Below, piece after piece: positions 38,201-45,156 of a DNA stretch of 64,000 nt. A model generated the notes under the pieces. That model was not told the origin of the DNA and made no database searches. It saw nothing but the letters and a program-made list of their open reading frames with translations. Numbering within the stretch: position 1 is the stretch's first letter; each line of letters begins with the position of its first letter. A program made the position numbers and the translations under genes. The DNA comes from Balanoglossus misakiensis (taxonomy: Eukaryota > Animalia > Hemichordata), in NCBI GenBank assembly GCA_040954595.2, contig CM082576.2, forward strand, positions 12,279,129-12,343,128, in the 5' to 3' direction.

Positions 38201-41200
38201 GATTATCTCCCTCTCAGAAGTACTACAACTTTGCTGAAATACTAGTATATAGGTCACATTTTACTTGAGTGGTGTAAGCAAGCGTCTTGACCACGAGATG
38301 ACCTTACAACCAGCCATCCAGAATGAACTGTGTGGTAGCTGTTTAACATTACACGCTGAAAATCGATATGTTGTATTACATGCTGAAATTTGGACCCTTC
38401 GAATGTTATTGGAGAGAGAAGATTATGTGTTCGCACAGAAGTGTACATCATGATTGAAACTTTATCATGGCACCAACACAGAGCCATAGAGATATCCCAT
38501 GATTCATTATGATATGTACTGCCGAGATCACTCGATGAAGTTGGACTTATACTCTGTATAGGGAAACTTGCACACTGACTTCACCAATTTTAACTTCATG
38601 TACTTATATATACAGTAAAACCAGTCTGAACCAAGCCCCAAACGAACTGAAGAAATTGTTCGGTTTGTAGGTGTCCAGTCGAGGTTCTTTTAATGTGTGG
38701 GTCTATATCAAAGGGAGAAGAAACTGTGTTCGGTATAGACAGGTTTCCAGACTAGACAGGGTTCGGTTTCTACAGGTTTTTATACTGTACTTAATTTTTA
38801 TTGCCTTTTTTTACTTTTTTGGAAACTCCTGCTTTGTTTAAAAGAGCATCATTGTGGATTTGTACCATCATGACTCAAATGCCTTGAAACTCTGCCAGTT
38901 TCTACTGCCTACAGTGACACGTGAAGCATTCCTACCTACTTACCAATGACATAAAATGCCAAGTAAATATTGCAACTATTTCATATCATTTCTAACCCTT
39001 CCACAGTTCTCGCAAAGGATCCACAAGCCATGAATCGGATTATGGCACACGGCAAGACAGTTAAATGCCGGTGAATGGATTGGAGAGAGTGAAATCATAG
39101 ACATGAATCTACTAAAATCTCAATACGAGAGGGGGTGTAAAACCAAATGGGCTGTGCCCAAGGACAGGTAGTGACGGCCTAAATGCCATTGACTATTGTG
39201 TTTCCCCAACACTCAGTTTGATATTATGCTACTTCCAACCATGGCTACGAATTAGAGAATGTGATAATATGTTATTGTTATGTTCAAATTGACTGTTAGT
39301 CTGCTTTTTCATAGAAAAAAGGACAATAATAGGAAAACATTAAAAATGTGGAATTTCAATTAAAACGTCGTTATGCATTTTTTTAGGTTAACTAGGGACA
39401 CAAACACACCCCCCCCCCCCAATAGTGAAATGATCCCAGCAGTTATTGGCCATGCATTTTCAGTTTAATATTTATTGGGCATTAAAACCCATCAGATTCG
39501 ACTATCCTCCCCAAAAAAGCAATTTGTGGAATTTCAAATGTTTAATCAGTTTTCGTCTCCGACAGAAGTGAAACCTGTACCACCTTTCAGTTCTGATTGT
39601 AAAACACAGAGGCATCATATAAACATACTTATCTTGATTGGGGTTCATTCTTACGGTATTAAAATGATGTGTATGTGTAAAATTTGAGTGGCCTGTGAAA
39701 CCGAGAAATGATTTGCACTACTGTATGTTTTGTAGGTTTTGGATATTTGATCAGGTAAAGACGAACGCTTAGACTTCCCTAGCTACAGGAATGAAATGTG
39801 TATTCACAACAGCAAGATGAGCTATAAATAGTCTCAGGTAAACAACGCTTACTGGGCAGTTTCTGAAAGCCTGCGTGGAGTTACATCACGTCAAAATACA
39901 AGACACTTCACAAGACCGATAGTGCCCAGTGGCAAATTTGCTTTTAGGACTACGAAAGGGGACTGTTACAAAACCAAGCCATCGATCAGTTTCTACTCAG
40001 GCCAAACACTCCCAGATTGACCTACAAATAACTCACTGAACGGGGAGAAACTGGGTGCCTTTGGACAACAATTAACACCTTTGATCAGCCAACTCACAGA
40101 ACCAAAAAAAAAGATCTAGTGGTCAAAAATGTCAAAAATGTGACCTCTGACCCCAACAACCAAACTATGTTTTTAATTTAGAACTGCCACTTCAGATGAT
40201 ATAATCAGAGAGACAGAGATCTGATAAGGGGTGTGTTCTTTTAATCTAAAACCGACTACCTGCATTTGTTAAAAATATTTCTGTATTTGTCTTTGACACT
40301 GACATGATACTGTAATACATATATAATTTACAAAAAACATTGACAACGATTTTCAACAGAAATTTGACACTTCTGCATTGGAAATAGGAAATCAATATTT
40401 TACGACAAAGATTATGCACTTCAAATTAATCCCTAGCAATTTTAAATCACAAAAATACGTTGGAGTGACTAAGGTATCTGTATCTGCAGTACACTAATAC
40501 AGATATATTAGTTTCTAATCTTTGTGCCTGCTAACATCTCATGCCAATTTGATACAAATGTAAAGTTGCACAGAAACCTAATGATGATGCAGTAATGTCC
40601 AATTTTATGCTGAGATGGGTTTTTAACAAGTAATTGGTTTGCAAAGATTTTCTTTCTTTTTATTAGGTCAATACATCCAACCTCTTTGAAAATAAGTGTT
40701 AACCTGCATTGAAAGAAGACATTTCTATAAAATGAACATGTAATGTACATGAAATGTACTTTTGGACATGACTATCAGTTAGAACCACTATTTCTTTCCA
40801 TTTTGAAGCAAACTGCAGGTTAGGCTGGTCCTAAACAGATGCCAGAGATTGCAAACTGCTATCATCACAGTGACAACACAATAATCTTTCAACTGGACTT
40901 TAGCACTTATTTCAGTATTTTTTTTTCTGGTCGATGTGTTAAGGGGATGATACTGCACTTTGGTCAGACTGAAGAGCGGTGTTGCACATTTCGGCATTCC
41001 AACTTGAAGGTCACGGCTTTCCCGTGTTCAAGGCTTGCAGAGATCAAAACCATTAACACTATATAAGGTCACTCACCTTTGTCGCCAGGAAATTGAGGCA
41101 CCTGTTGAGATTTTCGATCTTCTGCACCCGGAGAATTCCCCGGTTTGGTTTGCCTAGTTTCTCGCCGGAGATGATCTCCAGCAATTTCATCAACATCTTC

Positions 41201-42187
41201 CCGTCCTCCAAATCGGTGTACAGATTGTTTACATGGAGATTTGCCTGAAAAGAAGAAAAATAAAAAGAAAGTCTGTCAGGTGAAACTTGTTGAATAACAT
41301 ATACACCCGGTGACCCCAGGTCAGCACACCTGGATCAGTCTTTCCCCCCTGGGGCGATGTGATTGGCAACTTTTATTCTGTTCTCGTGCTCAGCCGTTTA
41401 GCTGAGGCTACAAATTAGGTGTATACATGTACCCAGCATGTTTACGCAACACACAACAATGAAATTGCTGTTTAACGCTGTGTGGGAAAAGCCAGCCTTC
41501 ATGTACCATTCTGGCCTGCGAGAGTTTTTTTTGGCAGGATTTGAGTAATCGACACTACTAATGCCAGACACTTGGTGCTGGAAGGGAAGGAAACAATTAC
41601 TTGTTTCCAGTACTTTGTTCTGTACTTAAAATCAATTTCTTGTTCCACTCCCTAAACTATTTTGGCATGCCAAGTATTAAACCCCTCCAGTCTGCAATAG
41701 TTTACCTATAACACTACAAATCTAATTTAAACTCAAGTATTTCATTTCAATTGTCATTTACAATCTACAAGCTTTATTTAAAAGGCAAATCGGGGGTTTC
41801 ACTGGAAAAGAAACTGGAGTTGACACACTGAAAAACTCACAAGTTATTTGTATTGTCCCTTTAAAATAATATCGTAACTGTTGATTTTTCATTTTAGCTG
41901 CCACCTTGATGATTATCAGGGGCTCGTACAAAGGAAATATTATAGTATTTTTCCAATTTTGCTCAATGTTACTTTCTTTTTGTAAAATGGTAGCTCAGAA
42001 AAGCTCCAAACATTTTCAAGTTATAAATGTTCACCAAACAGAGAGCTGTCTGCTGCAAATACCTCCTCACCTTTTCTAAGAACTGGTTCATCCATTTTGT
42101 GAAAGTCTTCTTCTGTATTGCCATACGCTCCTCCCTGAGCGCCTTGATGCGGTTCACCTCGAACTCGCTGGTCTGCTTGGCAGCCAT
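21..42187 (-). CDS. SPTBN5: Beta-heavy spectrin (spectrin beta chain non-erythrocytic 5 / karst / SMA-1 family); 59 coding exons in window, 3' end beyond window
   Basis: Manually spliced GT-AG exons stay in frame for 3172 aa. N-terminus [45 protein letters not shown] (CH1), [44 protein letters not shown] (CH2), then ~106-aa spectrin repeats. The SH3 domain early in the rod and a repeat count well above the 17 of conventional beta-spectrin identify the beta-H class. Confidence 0.95.
418..560. repeat. Compound (CAT)n/(CAC)n microsatellite in intron 58
   Basis: Visible trinucleotide array. Confidence 0.95.
584..784 (-). CDS. SPTBN5: beta-H spectrin exon 58
   Basis: [25 protein letters not shown]; 201 nt. 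Confidence 0.92.
1130..1573 (-). CDS. SPTBN5: beta-H spectrin exon 57
   Basis: [37 protein letters not shown]; 444 nt. Confidence 0.93.
1753..1890 (-). CDS. SPTBN5: beta-H spectrin exon 56
   Basis: [27 protein letters not shown]; 138 nt. Confidence 0.92.
2130..2367 (-). CDS. SPTBN5: beta-H spectrin exon 55
   Basis: [42 protein letters not shown]; 238 nt. Confidence 0.92.
2709..2881 (-). CDS. SPTBN5: beta-H spectrin exon 54
   Basis: [28 protein letters not shown]; 173 nt. Confidence 0.92.
3178..3255 (-). CDS. SPTBN5: beta-H spectrin exon 53
   Basis: [26 protein letters not shown]; 78 nt. Confidence 0.92.
3418..3606 (-). CDS. SPTBN5: beta-H spectrin exon 52
   Basis: [39 protein letters not shown]; 189 nt. 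Confidence 0.92.
3871..3972 (-). CDS. SPTBN5: beta-H spectrin exon 51
   Basis: [34 protein letters not shown]; 102 nt. Confidence 0.91.
4306..4488 (-). CDS. SPTBN5: beta-H spectrin exon 50
   Basis: [28 protein letters not shown]; 183 nt. Confidence 0.91.
4644..4757 (-). CDS. SPTBN5: beta-H spectrin exon 49
   Basis: [38 protein letters not shown]; 114 nt. Confidence 0.92.
5056..5170 (-). CDS. SPTBN5: beta-H spectrin exon 48
   Basis: [38 protein letters not shown]; 115 nt. Confidence 0.92.
5364..5482 (-). CDS. SPTBN5: beta-H spectrin exon 47
   Basis: [29 protein letters not shown]; 119 nt. Confidence 0.91.
5706..5813. repeat. 33-bp minisatellite, ~3.3 copies
   Basis: Unit TAGCTGTTACCAGGTAACATAATATATTCAACA. 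Confidence 0.9.
5967..6050 (-). CDS. SPTBN5: beta-H spectrin exon 46
   Basis: [28 protein letters not shown]; 84 nt. Confidence 0.92.
7973..8164 (-). CDS. SPTBN5: beta-H spectrin exon 45
   Basis: [31 protein letters not shown]; 192 nt. Confidence 0.92.
8492..8647 (-). CDS. SPTBN5: beta-H spectrin exon 44
   Basis: [31 protein letters not shown]; 156 nt. Confidence 0.92.
8791..8881 (-). CDS. SPTBN5: beta-H spectrin exon 43
   Basis: [30 protein letters not shown]; 91 nt. Confidence 0.9.
9104..9198 (-). CDS. SPTBN5: beta-H spectrin exon 42
   Basis: [31 protein letters not shown]; 95 nt. Confidence 0.9.
9368..9472 (-). CDS. SPTBN5: beta-H spectrin exon 41
   Basis: [35 protein letters not shown]; 105 nt. 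Confidence 0.91.
9719..9868 (-). CDS. SPTBN5: beta-H spectrin exon 40
   Basis: [37 protein letters not shown]; 150 nt. Confidence 0.91.
10315..10518 (-). CDS. SPTBN5: beta-H spectrin exon 39
   Basis: [28 protein letters not shown]; 204 nt; AAG acceptor. Confidence 0.9.
10869..11048 (-). CDS. SPTBN5: beta-H spectrin exon 38
   Basis: [30 protein letters not shown]; 180 nt. Confidence 0.92.
11852..11962 (-). CDS. SPTBN5: beta-H spectrin exon 37
   Basis: [37 protein letters not shown]; 111 nt. Confidence 0.92.
12182..12296 (-). CDS. SPTBN5: beta-H spectrin exon 36
   Basis: [38 protein letters not shown]; 115 nt. Confidence 0.91.
12644..12789 (-). CDS. SPTBN5: beta-H spectrin exon 35
   Basis: [31 protein letters not shown]; 146 nt. 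Confidence 0.91.
12918..13100 (-). CDS. SPTBN5: beta-H spectrin exon 34
   Basis: [35 protein letters not shown]; 183 nt. Confidence 0.92.
13406..13519 (-). CDS. SPTBN5: beta-H spectrin exon 33
   Basis: [22 protein letters not shown]; 114 nt. Confidence 0.91.
13707..13823 (-). CDS. SPTBN5: beta-H spectrin exon 32
   Basis: [39 protein letters not shown]; 117 nt. Confidence 0.91.
14158..14358 (-). CDS. SPTBN5: beta-H spectrin exon 31
   Basis: [26 protein letters not shown]; 201 nt. Confidence 0.92.
14809..14995 (-). CDS. SPTBN5: beta-H spectrin exon 30
   Basis: [41 protein letters not shown]; 187 nt. Confidence 0.92.
15183..15313 (-). CDS. SPTBN5: beta-H spectrin exon 29
   Basis: [34 protein letters not shown]; 131 nt. 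Confidence 0.91.
15595..15858 (-). CDS. SPTBN5: beta-H spectrin exon 28
   Basis: [39 protein letters not shown]; 264 nt. Confidence 0.92.
15927..16123. repeat. Degenerate (TGACC)n pentamer repeat
   Basis: Many TGACC/TGACA/TGACT units in intron 27. Confidence 0.7.
16194..16340 (-). CDS. SPTBN5: beta-H spectrin exon 27
   Basis: [37 protein letters not shown]; 147 nt. Confidence 0.92.
16605..16728 (-). CDS. SPTBN5: beta-H spectrin exon 26
   Basis: [26 protein letters not shown]; 124 nt. Confidence 0.91.
16857..16996 (-). CDS. SPTBN5: beta-H spectrin exon 25
   Basis: [33 protein letters not shown]; 140 nt. Confidence 0.91.
17130..17207 (-). CDS. SPTBN5: beta-H spectrin exon 24
   Basis: [26 protein letters not shown]; 78 nt. 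Confidence 0.91.
17401..17560 (-). CDS. SPTBN5: beta-H spectrin exon 23
   Basis: [27 protein letters not shown]; 160 nt. Confidence 0.9.
17887..18014 (-). CDS. SPTBN5: beta-H spectrin exon 22
   Basis: [42 protein letters not shown]; 128 nt. Confidence 0.9.
18088..18157 (+). mobile_element. Truncated, internally deleted copy of the 37898 MITE
   Basis: TA-CTGTAAAACGGGTTATTTTCGTGATATCAAAGGAGGCAACTGTTA..GAGGATTAATTTTCGCGTTCTC, near-identical to the left part of the 37898 copy. Confidence 0.8.
18298..18457 (-). CDS. SPTBN5: beta-H spectrin exon 21
   Basis: [21 protein letters not shown]; 160 nt. Confidence 0.91.
18576..18659. mobile_element. piggyBac-like MITE, opposite orientation
   Basis: CTTTTCACCCCC..GGTCCAACC..TTGGAC..GGTCAAAGGG-TTAA; reverse complement of the 25941 family. 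Confidence 0.75.
18679..18879 (-). CDS. SPTBN5: beta-H spectrin exon 20
   Basis: [34 protein letters not shown]; 201 nt. Confidence 0.91.
18913..18950. repeat. (TTG)n microsatellite
   Basis: Visible trinucleotide array upstream of the exon 20 acceptor. Confidence 0.9.
19154..19410 (-). CDS. SPTBN5: beta-H spectrin exon 19
   Basis: [29 protein letters not shown]; 257 nt. Confidence 0.91.
20560..20614. repeat. 14-bp tandem repeat, ~4 copies
   Basis: GTTAGAGTTCA(A/G)AG units. Confidence 0.75.
21257..21441 (-). CDS. SPTBN5: beta-H spectrin exon 18
   Basis: [39 protein letters not shown]; 185 nt. Confidence 0.91.
21892..22129 (-). CDS. SPTBN5: beta-H spectrin exon 17 (SH3 + basic linker)
   Basis: [35 protein letters not shown]; SH3 WW and GFVPANY motifs; 238 nt. 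Confidence 0.92.
22527..22721 (-). CDS. SPTBN5: beta-H spectrin exon 16 (acidic linker + SH3 start)
   Basis: [41 protein letters not shown]; 195 nt. Confidence 0.9.
22987..23193 (-). CDS. SPTBN5: beta-H spectrin exon 15
   Basis: [31 protein letters not shown]; 207 nt. Confidence 0.92.
23608..23808 (-). CDS. SPTBN5: beta-H spectrin exon 14
   Basis: [26 protein letters not shown]; 201 nt. Confidence 0.92.
24287..24790. mobile_element. Kolobok-like MITE (504 bp)
   Basis: TTAA target duplication; 20-bp TIR AGGCACGTAAGCTG(T/C)AACTT with one mismatch; AG..CT termini. Confidence 0.85.
25374..25572. mobile_element. Tc1/mariner-type MITE, related older family
   Basis: TA-CTGTTTACTGGGAAATTTTCGCAA ... 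TTGCAAATATTTCTCAGTTTACAG-TA imperfect TIRs. Confidence 0.7.
25694..25871 (-). CDS. SPTBN5: beta-H spectrin exon 13
   Basis: [40 protein letters not shown]; 178 nt. Confidence 0.92.
25941..26025. mobile_element. piggyBac-like MITE (85 bp), intact copy
   Basis: TTAA-CCCTTTCACC ... GGTGAAAGGG-TTAA; related copies at 18576, 26700, 43145. Confidence 0.85.
26652..26665. promoter_or_regulatory. RFX X-box palindrome
   Basis: Perfect 14-bp palindrome GTTGCTATAGCAAC matching the RFX consensus. Confidence 0.45.
26700..26783. mobile_element. piggyBac-like MITE, diverged copy
   Basis: TTAA-CCTTTTCACCAC..GGTCCAAC..TTGGACC..GGGGTGAAAGGG; colinear with 25941-26025. Confidence 0.75.
28647..28719. promoter_or_regulatory. 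Intronic promoter-like motif cluster
   Basis: CCACGCCC (28647-54), CCAATCAG (28665-72 and 28712-19) and CCATAGCAAC X-box half-site (28690-99) within 75 bp. Confidence 0.45.
28828..29036 (-). CDS. SPTBN5: beta-H spectrin exon 12
   Basis: [33 protein letters not shown]; 209 nt. Confidence 0.92.
29209..29235. repeat. (CA)n microsatellite
   Basis: Visible dinucleotide array. Confidence 0.9.
30132..30425. mobile_element. Old degenerate TTAA-type MITE
   Basis: Ends TTAAAAGAAACAGCTAGTTTT vs reverse complement TTCAAAGAACGTGCTAGTTTC (16/21 identity). Confidence 0.45.
31389..31610 (-). CDS. SPTBN5: beta-H spectrin exon 11
   Basis: [28 protein letters not shown]; 222 nt. Confidence 0.92.
32084..32215 (-). 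CDS. SPTBN5: beta-H spectrin exon 10
   Basis: [29 protein letters not shown]; 132 nt. Confidence 0.92.
32621..32849 (-). CDS. SPTBN5: beta-H spectrin exon 9
   Basis: [56 protein letters not shown]; 229 nt. Confidence 0.92.
32948..32970. repeat. (CA)n microsatellite
   Basis: Visible dinucleotide array. Confidence 0.9.
33157..33344 (-). CDS. SPTBN5: beta-H spectrin exon 8 (repeat 1)
   Basis: [44 protein letters not shown]; 188 nt. Confidence 0.92.
33708..33820 (-). CDS. SPTBN5: beta-H spectrin exon 7 (CH2 end/neck)
   Basis: [38 protein letters not shown]; 113 nt. Confidence 0.93.
34243..34358 (-). CDS. SPTBN5: beta-H spectrin exon 6 (CH2)
   Basis: [38 protein letters not shown]; 116 nt. 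Confidence 0.93.
34538..34618 (-). CDS. SPTBN5: beta-H spectrin exon 5 (CH2)
   Basis: [27 protein letters not shown]; 81 nt. Confidence 0.93.
35039..35103 (-). CDS. SPTBN5: beta-H spectrin exon 4 (CH2 start)
   Basis: [22 protein letters not shown]; 65 nt. Confidence 0.92.
35771..35896 (-). CDS. SPTBN5: beta-H spectrin exon 3 (CH1 end)
   Basis: [42 protein letters not shown]; 126 nt. Confidence 0.93.
37898..38115. mobile_element. Tc1/mariner-type MITE (218 bp)
   Basis: TA target duplication; perfect 24-bp TIR CTGTAAAACGGGTTATTTTCGCGA. Confidence 0.9.
38613..38787. mobile_element. pogo/Tigger-like MITE
   Basis: TA-CAGTAAAACC..GAACC ... GGTTC..GGTTTTTATACTG-TA; internal repeats of AGACAGG/TTCGGT. 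Confidence 0.65.
41077..41244 (-). CDS. SPTBN5: beta-H spectrin exon 2 (CH1)
   Basis: [43 protein letters not shown]; 168 nt. Confidence 0.93.
42071..42187 (-). CDS. SPTBN5: beta-H spectrin coding exon 1 (acceptor at 42200, ATG 42187)
   Basis: [39 protein letters not shown]; ctgcag acceptor, AAG|gtgagg donor. Confidence 0.9.
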
Positions 42188-42479
42188 CTCCCACTCTTCA
42201 CTGCAGAAACCACAGGAGCAAATGCAAAGGCAGATGGGAAGGGGGGAAAAAAGGTACACACAGACACAGGTGAGAAGTGTAAACTTTTTTGTTGCGAGGA
42301 AGATGTCACTCGGCCAGGCTGTCACTTTCGTTGAATGAATGATTTGGATGTCAGGAGTCGAAAAAATCGGCGATGCATGACCTTATCATAAGTTCTGCTT
42401 GTCGCCTGACAGGTCGTAATTTGTCAGAATAACTACAGCCATGTAGATTACAGAGTTCCTTGTTAATTTAATCAATTAA

Positions 42480-42653
42480 AGGTATACGGTCACCTCCAAT
42501 TCACATATCGCCATATATAGTTGAAATGGCGTATTTGAGTGTTCTAAAGAACGCTTTATTTTCGCGTGTGCCACCCACTGAAAATCTGTGATTGGTTAGA
42601 TCTCGATTTACCATGGTAACTGTTGCTAAATTTGTATAGGTGACTGTATACCT
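42480..42653. mobile_element. Kolobok-like MITE (174 bp)
   Basis: TTAA target duplication; 16-bp TIR AGGTATAC(G/A)GTCACCT with one mismatch. Confidence 0.85.
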
Positions 42654-43144
42654 TTAAAACCATCTCATCCATCATTAGAATTAATGGAAGTTCTCAAAAA
42701 AATGGAATTAAAGTTATACAGGCCATCATTCCATTAACATCCTGTTAGAGAAAAAGCATGTGGGTTAGTTGTTTGGGGGTAGGAGATACATGTAAACTGA
42801 GGGGGGTTGTTGCATGCTGAGACAAAGGCTTAATCAACATTGTTCTGTTAGAAGTAAGTAGAATGGAGGGGGTGGGTTGTTGTGATCCTGTAAAGGAAAA
42901 CATTCAATGGATTAATTCCTAGGTCTGTAGGATACAACCAGTGTTTGGGGATTGTTAAATTAGTATTTACCGTTTACAGACAGTGTTGGCGGGTAAACAT
43001 CGTTACATGCAATAAATCTTGACTGGATTGTCAATCTGTAAATAGTTGTATGGTTGATACTGCAAACACTGGGGAAGTGAACTGAACTGGGCTTTTTATT
43101 CCCTTTGCTTTCAATGCAGAACACACAGGTGTCCATCTAAACTA

Positions 43145-43205
43145 ACCCTTTCATCGCCATAGTTCAGTCCAAACTCATTGTTTTCTACATGGGAAGGTTG
43201 GACCT
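43145..43205. mobile_element. piggyBac-like MITE fragment interrupted by Kolobok-like insertion
   Basis: TAA-CCCTTTCATCGCCAT..GTCCAAA..GGTTGGACCT then TTAA + Kolobok TIR; AGGGAA resumes at 45161. Confidence 0.65.
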
Positions 43206-43209
43206 TTAA

Positions 43210-45156
43210 AGAGCATATCTTGCCTTTTTAAATCTTATCAGAAGGTTAAAAAATGTTCAAAAGAAATGTACTATTTTCCAAAAGTGACAATATTTTTCGG
43301 GTATCGATTTCTATAATATTTGTTTTGTTCTCATAAAATGCTTCAAAATCCACCCCGTCCTGAAAAGTCCGAGTTCAGATTTGCAGCATTTTGGTCACGT
43401 GACGTGACGTCACAAGAGGAACCGGTCAGGTAGACCAGCTTTTAGCGATGCTCACAGGTGTCATACGGTGTTTTCGTGCTTTTCTGTGTAATACCACTAT
43501 GGGAAAAGGAGTTGTGTGCCGTGGTTGCAGCAACACATTACCTAGGCGGGAGTCACCCGTGTGAGTTCCACAAAAACGAATGAAAGTCTATGCCACGATC
43601 ATCAACATCGTACGGTGGATATGAAGCCGGCGCGGCGCCGGTGACGGCCGCGGCCGTAACTGTCAATGCATGACCGTTGAACGATAATCGGCCAGGTTCG
43701 AATCACGAGAAGACAATCCCCACCTATACAGGAAAATAAAAGCCTGTCAGCAGGAGAGGTCGACCAACAGATCGTTTATATCCGGTATTGGTGTTCATAA
43801 AATGTTCCAGCGACCGCGATTTACACAGTACTGTAGAGAAGTAGTAGTAGGTGAACTGGCAGGATGCGTAAACACAATTTTGCGTTGGCCGACATCATGT
43901 TGAGATTGTTTATTATTATTCACGCTTCCGTCTGGCTAACCGGTACCCAGTGACCGCAAACTACGATAATTAAGGTTGACAGCAATCGATGTAAAAACTT
44001 GAACGTTCAAAATATTACCGTTACTATTTCACGTTTTTTTTCAGTCGTATCTTTGTATGGCTTCGGCTGAATGGTCGCCATCTTTCTTTTCTAATAATTT
44101 CTTTGTTTACAAGTTTTACGTCGCACTATGTCCGACTCATCGGCTCCAAAACACACTGTACAAATTTTGAAACAAAATATGTTGAATAAATTTTGCCTCG
44201 TGTGAGTGAAAACTGTTTCCAAACTAAGATATTTGTGTGTATCAATGAAAATGTTTCATGCTTTGTGAGCGTGAGTGGGTCGGCCTGGCATGATCGCCTG
44301 TTGCTGTTGGCTGTATGGTTTCATTTTGTTATAATGCAGTATAAAGCATGTCAAGGAACTTCCATGATTACAGCGACAAGTCATAAATGTTTCTGTTTGT
44401 TATCACCAAAAAGACATAGCTTACATGTAATTCAAAAGACAGAATTTTAGTGCTGGTAGTAAATATCCATCGTGGCGCGATATGTGTCATCGCTGTCGAT
44501 CGGCGCTGGTGGAGTTCCCTTGACCTTGTACAATAACACACGCGTATTTTGTCTGTTAAGGCAGTCATTGAAAATCGCCAAAAAGACCACGATCAGTTAT
44601 CAATAAGTTGACATAGTCCAAGATAAGTAGATTTAGACCGAACACTCTAGACCTAAACCTCTGGGCAATATTCGACGGTTTAATCGAGGCAGCAATCATT
44701 GTATGTGTAAGGTGCCTATACACATCCGCTGCCATTGCATGTTGTGTACTGCTTGCAATGCGAAGCCGTAGCCTAACCGGGCCGAGTTGTTTTTTTCATA
44801 ATCGCATCTCCCCTAGATGATAAGGTAGACATATGTACGTTTATTTTGAAGGGTACGGGGGATACAGAGTTGTACCCAGGCTGACACAGCAAAGCCGTTT
44901 AGATCAGAGGCATGTATGGTTGCAATTCAACCACTGCAATGTACAGTGCTAAGTCTGTTGCAAACGTAAATGGGTTCCTCTTGTGACGTCACAGAAATGG
45001 GCGTGGCCAAAACAGAACTTTTTTCTCAGGCCCTGAACATTTTTAAATTTAACATTTATTTATCCATATGAAATAAGTAAAAGGACACCAGCATTTAACC
45101 CACAAGCCCAATTATTATTTATCCTCAAAAGTGTGTTTCAATGTAAGATAGGCTCT
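43210..45156. mobile_element. Non-autonomous Kolobok-like DNA transposon (1947 bp)
   Basis: TTAA on both sides (43206-09, 45157-60). TIRs AGAGCATATCTTGC / AGAGCCTATCTTAC. Perfect 20-bp subterminal inverted repeat GTGACGTCACAAGAGGAACC (43404-23, 44973-92). Decayed THAP-like reading frame from 43499. Confidence 0.8.

Noticed and set aside
21-42187. Alternative identification as alpha-spectrin or conventional beta-spectrin
   Set aside because: N-terminal tandem CH domains exclude alpha; the SH3 insertion and far more than 17 repeats exclude conventional beta
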